This document shows positions 60,175 through 64,000 of a DNA stretch of 64,000 nucleotides, one piece after another. The DNA comes from Nakamurella sp. (GTDB taxonomy: Bacteria > Actinomycetota > Actinomycetes > Mycobacteriales > Nakamurellaceae): assembly GCA_017848755.1 (NCBI GenBank), contig JAFIHI010000091.1, positions 350 to 64,349 on the forward strand, read 5' to 3'. The position numbers and the translations under genes were made by a program. Every line of letters begins with the position of its first letter. Within the stretch, counting starts at the first letter, position 1. Below the pieces are notes generated by a model that did no database searches, had not been told where the DNA came from, and saw only the letters and a program-made list of their open reading frames with translations.

Positions 60175-61449
60175 ATGGCCGAGCTGTCGCCCATCCTGAA
60201 GCAGGCAACCCCGGTCGTCGCGGCGCGCGGCGAGGGCGTCTACCTCTACGACGAAGACGGCAGACGGTACCTCGACTTCACCGCGGGGATCGGCGTCACG
60301 GGCACCGGGCACTGCCATCCGCGAATCGTGAAAGCAGCGCAGGAGCAGATCGCCAAGCTCATCCACGGGCAGTACACGACAGTGATGCACCGACCGCTGC
60401 TCACCCTGGTCGAACGCATGGGTGAGGTGCTGCCGGACGGACTCGACCAGATGTTCTTCGCCAACTCCGGTTCGGAGGCGGTCGAGGCCGCTATGCGCCT
60501 AGCACGCCAGGCGACTCGGCGCCCCAACATCGTCGTCTTCCACGGCGGGTTCCATGGCCGCACGGTTGCCACGGCGTCACTCACCACCTCCGGTACCAAG
60601 TACCGCTCCGGATTCGCGCCGCTCATGGCGGGGGTGCATGTCGCACCGTTCCCGAACCCGTCGCACTACGGCTGGGGCGTTGAGGAGGTCACCGACTTCG
60701 CGCTGAAGGAGTTGGACTTCCTGCTGCAGACCATCTCGGCCCCGGAGGAGACCGCCGCCTTCCTGGTCGAGCCGGTGCTCGGGGAAGGAGGCTACGTGCC
60801 GGGCAACTCCAGATTCTTCGCCGGGCTGCGGGAGCGGGCCGACCGCTACGGCATCGTGCTGATCGCCGACGAGGTGCAGACCGGCTGGGGACGGACCGGG
60901 AAGTTCTGGGGCAGCGAGCATTTCGACCTGAAGGCCGATGTGCTGATCACGGCGAAGGGTCTTGCGTCCGGATTCCCGCTGTCCGGAATCGCCGCCTCCG
61001 CGGAGTTGATGTCCAAGGCTTGGCCCGGATCGCAGGGCGGCACGTACGGCGCGAACGCCGTCGCGTGCGCCGCCGCGATCGCCACGCTGGACGTCATGCG
61101 GGACGAGGACCTCATCGCAAACTCGGCCGACCGGGGCGTCGAATTGAAGGAAGCGCTGGAGAGGGTGGCGGTCCGCTACCCCGAGATCACCGACGTGCGC
61201 GGGCTCGGCCTGATGCTTGCCAACGAGTTCCGCGACAAGGACGGCAACCCGGATGGCGCGACCGCCGTAGCGGTGCGCGCCGAGGCCGTCGAGCGCGGTC
61301 TGATCCTGCTCGGCTGCGGCTCGTGGGGCGAAGCGGTCCGCTTCATCCCGCCGCTGGTCGTCGACAGCCAGCAGATCCAGGAGGCTGCCCGCATCTGGGG
61401 CGATGCGGTGGAAGCCGTCGTTTCCCGGGATTCGGCATCGGGGGCCTGA
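60175..61449 (+). CDS. Class III PLP aminotransferase (GabT/DoeD-like)
   Basis: GAGGAG RBS; YLDFTAGIG..GHCHP, NSGSEAVE, FHGRT, EPVLGEGG, IADEVQTGWGRTG, TAKGLASG. Confidence 0.9.
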   Translation: MAELSPILKQATPVVAARGEGVYLYDEDGRRYLDFTAGIGVTGTGHCHPRIVKAAQEQIAKLIHGQYTTVMHRPLLTLVERMGEVLPDGLDQMFFANSGSEAVEAAMRLARQATRRPNIVVFHGGFHGRTVATASLTTSGTKYRSGFAPLMAGVHVAPFPNPSHYGWGVEEVTDFALKELDFLLQTISAPEETAAFLVEPVLGEGGYVPGNSRFFAGLRERADRYGIVLIADEVQTGWGRTGKFWGSEHFDLKADVLITAKGLASGFPLSGIAASAELMSKAWPGSQGGTYGANAVACAAAIATLDVMRDEDLIANSADRGVELKEALERVAVRYPEITDVRGLGLMLANEFRDKDGNPDGATAVAVRAEAVERGLILLGCGSWGEAVRFIPPLVVDSQQIQEAARIWGDAVEAVVSRDSASGA

Positions 61450-61453
61450 CGGC

Positions 61454-62434
61454 ATGCGGCCGGCAACGCCGCCGGGGCCCGGCGGTTTCGTCGGCCAGCC
61501 GAACTCGGAGCAGGTACCGCGGTTCGCGGGGCTGACCACCTATGCGCGGCTGCCGCGCCGCGACCAGGTGGACAGGTGCGACGTCGGTGTGATCGGTGTG
61601 CCGTTCGACAGCGGCGTGTCGTTCCGTCCCGGCGCGCGGTTCGGACCCTCGGCGGTACGGGAGGCCTCCCGGCTGCTGCAGGGTTTCCACCAGTTCCAGG
61701 ACGTCACCCCGTTCGGTGTCCAGCAGGTCGCCGATCTCGGCGATATCACGGCCAATCCGTTCAATATCGGCGAAGCCATCGACGCCATCGAACGTGGCTC
61801 GCGCGCGCACGTCGAGGCAGGCACGCGGCTCATCGCAATCGGCGGTGATCACACGATCGCGCTGCCCCTGCTGCGCTCGGTCGTGGCACGACACGGGCCG
61901 GTGGCACTGTTGCATTTCGACGCGCACCTGGACACCTGGGACACGTATTTCGGCACACCTTACACGCACGGCACACCATTTCTGCGAGCGCACGAGGAGG
62001 GCCTTCTGCTGCGAGACCACCTGTGCCATATCGGCATCCGCGCACCGCTGCACGACGCCAGCGACCTCGACCGGGACGAGTCGATCGGCTTCGGCATCAT
62101 CTCGGCGTTCGACGTCGCCGACCGCGGCGTGCACACGGTGATCGAGCAGCTGCGCGAGCGGGTCGGCGACGCGCCGCTGTACGTCTCCATCGACATCGAC
62201 GTGCTCGACCCAGCGCACGCGCCCGGTACCGGTACGCCGGAGGTTGGCGGCCTCGCCAGTCGAGAACTCATCGAGATCCTGCGCGGCATCACCGGTCTCA
62301 ACGTCCTGGGCGGCGACGTCGTCGAAGTGGCTCCCGCCTACGACTGGGCGGGCATCACCGCGATCGCCGCCGCCCAGCTCGTCTATGAGATGATCACAAT
62401 CTTCGCGAAGCGGGCCGTGCGCCCCGGCGCCTGA
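61454..62434 (+). CDS. speB: Ureohydrolase (agmatinase/guanidinobutyrase)
   Basis: PRFAG..T.ARLP, GGDHTI, FDAHLDTWD, SIDIDVLDPAHAPGTGTPE. Exact substrate not resolvable. Confidence 0.8.
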   Translation: MRPATPPGPGGFVGQPNSEQVPRFAGLTTYARLPRRDQVDRCDVGVIGVPFDSGVSFRPGARFGPSAVREASRLLQGFHQFQDVTPFGVQQVADLGDITANPFNIGEAIDAIERGSRAHVEAGTRLIAIGGDHTIALPLLRSVVARHGPVALLHFDAHLDTWDTYFGTPYTHGTPFLRAHEEGLLLRDHLCHIGIRAPLHDASDLDRDESIGFGIISAFDVADRGVHTVIEQLRERVGDAPLYVSIDIDVLDPAHAPGTGTPEVGGLASRELIEILRGITGLNVLGGDVVEVAPAYDWAGITAIAAAQLVYEMITIFAKRAVRPGA

Positions 62435-62713
62435 CGTGTCGCGACGGGCCATGCGGTGCGGTGACAACACCGTGGCTCCGCCAACAGCCCCCTATCGGCT
62501 GCGCGTCTATTCGCCGGGGTGTCCTCTGGAGACAACGTGAACAGCACCACCGCTGACCATGCGGCACGGGGTCGCATCTCTGCCCAGAACCCGCGAACAC
62601 CCCCTCCCCCGACGGCGCCAGCAACAACGCTGTTCGAGCGCCAGCCCCGTTGCGGAGCAGAGGTCGCGGCCTTCCACGAGACCAGGCGCGGGTGCGGTGG
62701 TTTGGTGCGGGGT

Positions 62714-63358
62714 TTAGTGCACGTCGAGTTCGGTGTGCATGCCGGCTGTGTAGTGGCCGGGTAGGTTGCAGATCAGCTCGTATCGGCCGGCGGCAAGCCG
62801 CAGGGTCACCCAGCCTGACGTCCCCGGAGCGATACCGTCGCCGGCGCCGGCGGCACAGGTGGCGGATGCCTCGCCGAGACTGCCGGTCTCGTCGACGGTG
62901 CCGTCGCCGCCAACCTGTCGGCTGCCCGGCCGCGTACCTGGCGCGAGTGGCAGGATGACGAGTTCGTGGGTCAGGTGCCCGGTGTTGAACACCGTCACCG
63001 TCACCTCCCCGGCGGGCACCGACGTTCTCGAGGCGAGGATCGACATCATGCCGCGGCCGAAATGCGGCCCGTCGCTTGGCCGCATGGGCCATTCGTAGCC
63101 CGGTGCGCGGCCGCCCATCATGCCGCCGGGGCCGCCCATCATTGCCCGCATGTCCACCAGACGGACCGACACGCCGGTTCCGGGCAACGCGGGCGGCGCG
63201 CAGCCGGACTGCTGCGCGGTCTGGGGTTGCGCATGTGCGGACAGCGCCCCGGAGGCGGCGGCCACCGCCACCGTCAACCCGACCGCCAGCACCGCGGCCG
63301 CCACCGTGCCGGCGAGCAGCAACCGGCCCACACGTGTCCGGCGAATACGCGTGTTCAT
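62714..63358 (-). CDS. Secreted cupredoxin (sulfocyanin/plastocyanin-like)
   Basis: N-terminal TM/signal, Met/Gly-rich stretch, THELV, type-1 Cu motif ICNLPGHYTAGM. Confidence 0.82.
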   Translation of the reverse strand: MNTRIRRTRVGRLLLAGTVAAAVLAVGLTVAVAAASGALSAHAQPQTAQQSGCAPPALPGTGVSVRLVDMRAMMGGPGGMMGGRAPGYEWPMRPSDGPHFGRGMMSILASRTSVPAGEVTVTVFNTGHLTHELVILPLAPGTRPGSRQVGGDGTVDETGSLGEASATCAAGAGDGIAPGTSGWVTLRLAAGRYELICNLPGHYTAGMHTELDVH

Positions 63359-63603
63359 CGCTGAGCGAGGGTGTCGCGGCGAGTGCGGTACTCGTCATCG
63401 CCGATCTCACCGCGCGCGTACCGCGCATCCAAAACATCCCGGGCACTCGGCGGCACCGAAGGGGCCCCTTCACCGCGCCGGATGCTCGTAGTACGGATCA
63501 GCCAGGCGATGCCCGCCACCACCAGCCCCCAGAACACCAGCATGCCAACGCCCATCACCAGCCAGTTCCCGACACCCCAACTACTCCCCCAGTGGTACAT
63601 CAT
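63355..63603 (-). CDS. SHOCT-domain membrane protein
   Basis: TM helix, then ARDVLDARYARGEIGDDEY. Confidence 0.85.
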   Translation of the reverse strand: MMYHWGSSWGVGNWLVMGVGMLVFWGLVVAGIAWLIRTTSIRRGEGAPSVPPSARDVLDARYARGEIGDDEYRTRRDTLAQR

Positions 63604-63718
63604 CGCGCCACGTCTCCTTACACTCTCGTGCCTTCACGATCCGCCGGCCGCTGCGCCGGCCGCCAGGGACTTTCGTCGCCGCCCGCCGCCGCCACGATCG
63701 GGCCCCGACAAGGACCGA

Positions 63719-64000
63719 TCAGACACCCCAACCCGATCCGAGATGGTCGGCTATTTGGCCGAGCAGGGCGCCGCCGGCCGGGTAGCCGGACAGCGTCATG
63801 ACGCCAGCGAACACGGGGGCGCAACACGAGGAGGCGATTCCGGCGAACACGCCGAGCGCGAAGAAACCGCCGGTGTCGCCACGCCTCGTGTCCGGGGCCC
63901 GCAGCGCTGACGGCAGCCGCCACATCCGCCCGGTCAGCGAATACACGGCCAACAGCATCAGTGTGCCTCCGGCGTAGTACAGCGCCGCATGGTAGTGGCT
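63719..64000 (-). pseudogene. CcdA/DsbD-like cytochrome c biogenesis protein, partial and apparently truncated
   Basis: FALGVFAGIASSCCAPVFAGV motif; stops ~25 codons later, where further TM helices are expected. The 5' part is outside the window. Confidence 0.5.

Overview
High-GC actinobacterial chromosome segment with no CRISPR, rRNA or intact transposase. Left to right: ssrA (tmRNA), a decayed vapC, smpB-ftsX-ftsE and hisN; a Tad/Flp pilus cluster split by a ~5.9 kb island (ECF sigma pair, secreted Cys-rich protein, mannosyltransferase, nhaA); an MFS exporter, prfB, an AAA+/DUF4143 gene with phased upstream repeats, an NMT1/SsuA-type ABC importer, ada/alkA and gdhA; accessory genes (secreted pair, TetR/monooxygenase, ArsR/MFS, gene scars, radC, YtrA-type ABC operon, three phosphoesterases); a BldD-like/ECF sigma/membrane-protein module; an 18 kb ectoine-type uptake and catabolism regulon marked by four ATTGTYRACAAT operators; and copper-related genes at the right edge. 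Most notable: (1) a strongly over-represented non-palindromic motif RTATGACG with the distribution of a DNA-uptake-like sequence, plus identical TGTGGATAAC boxes upstream of tadA, tadB and radC, suggesting an uncharacterised competence system; (2) an ectoine/hydroxyectoine regulon lacking EutB/EutC but carrying tartrate dehydrogenase and orphan enzymes; (3) a BldD paralogue that has lost its c-di-GMP motif, with predicted ShbA-type promoters. Family assignments come from motif recognition by eye, and counts are hand counts. Many start codons were moved inward from the ORF track.
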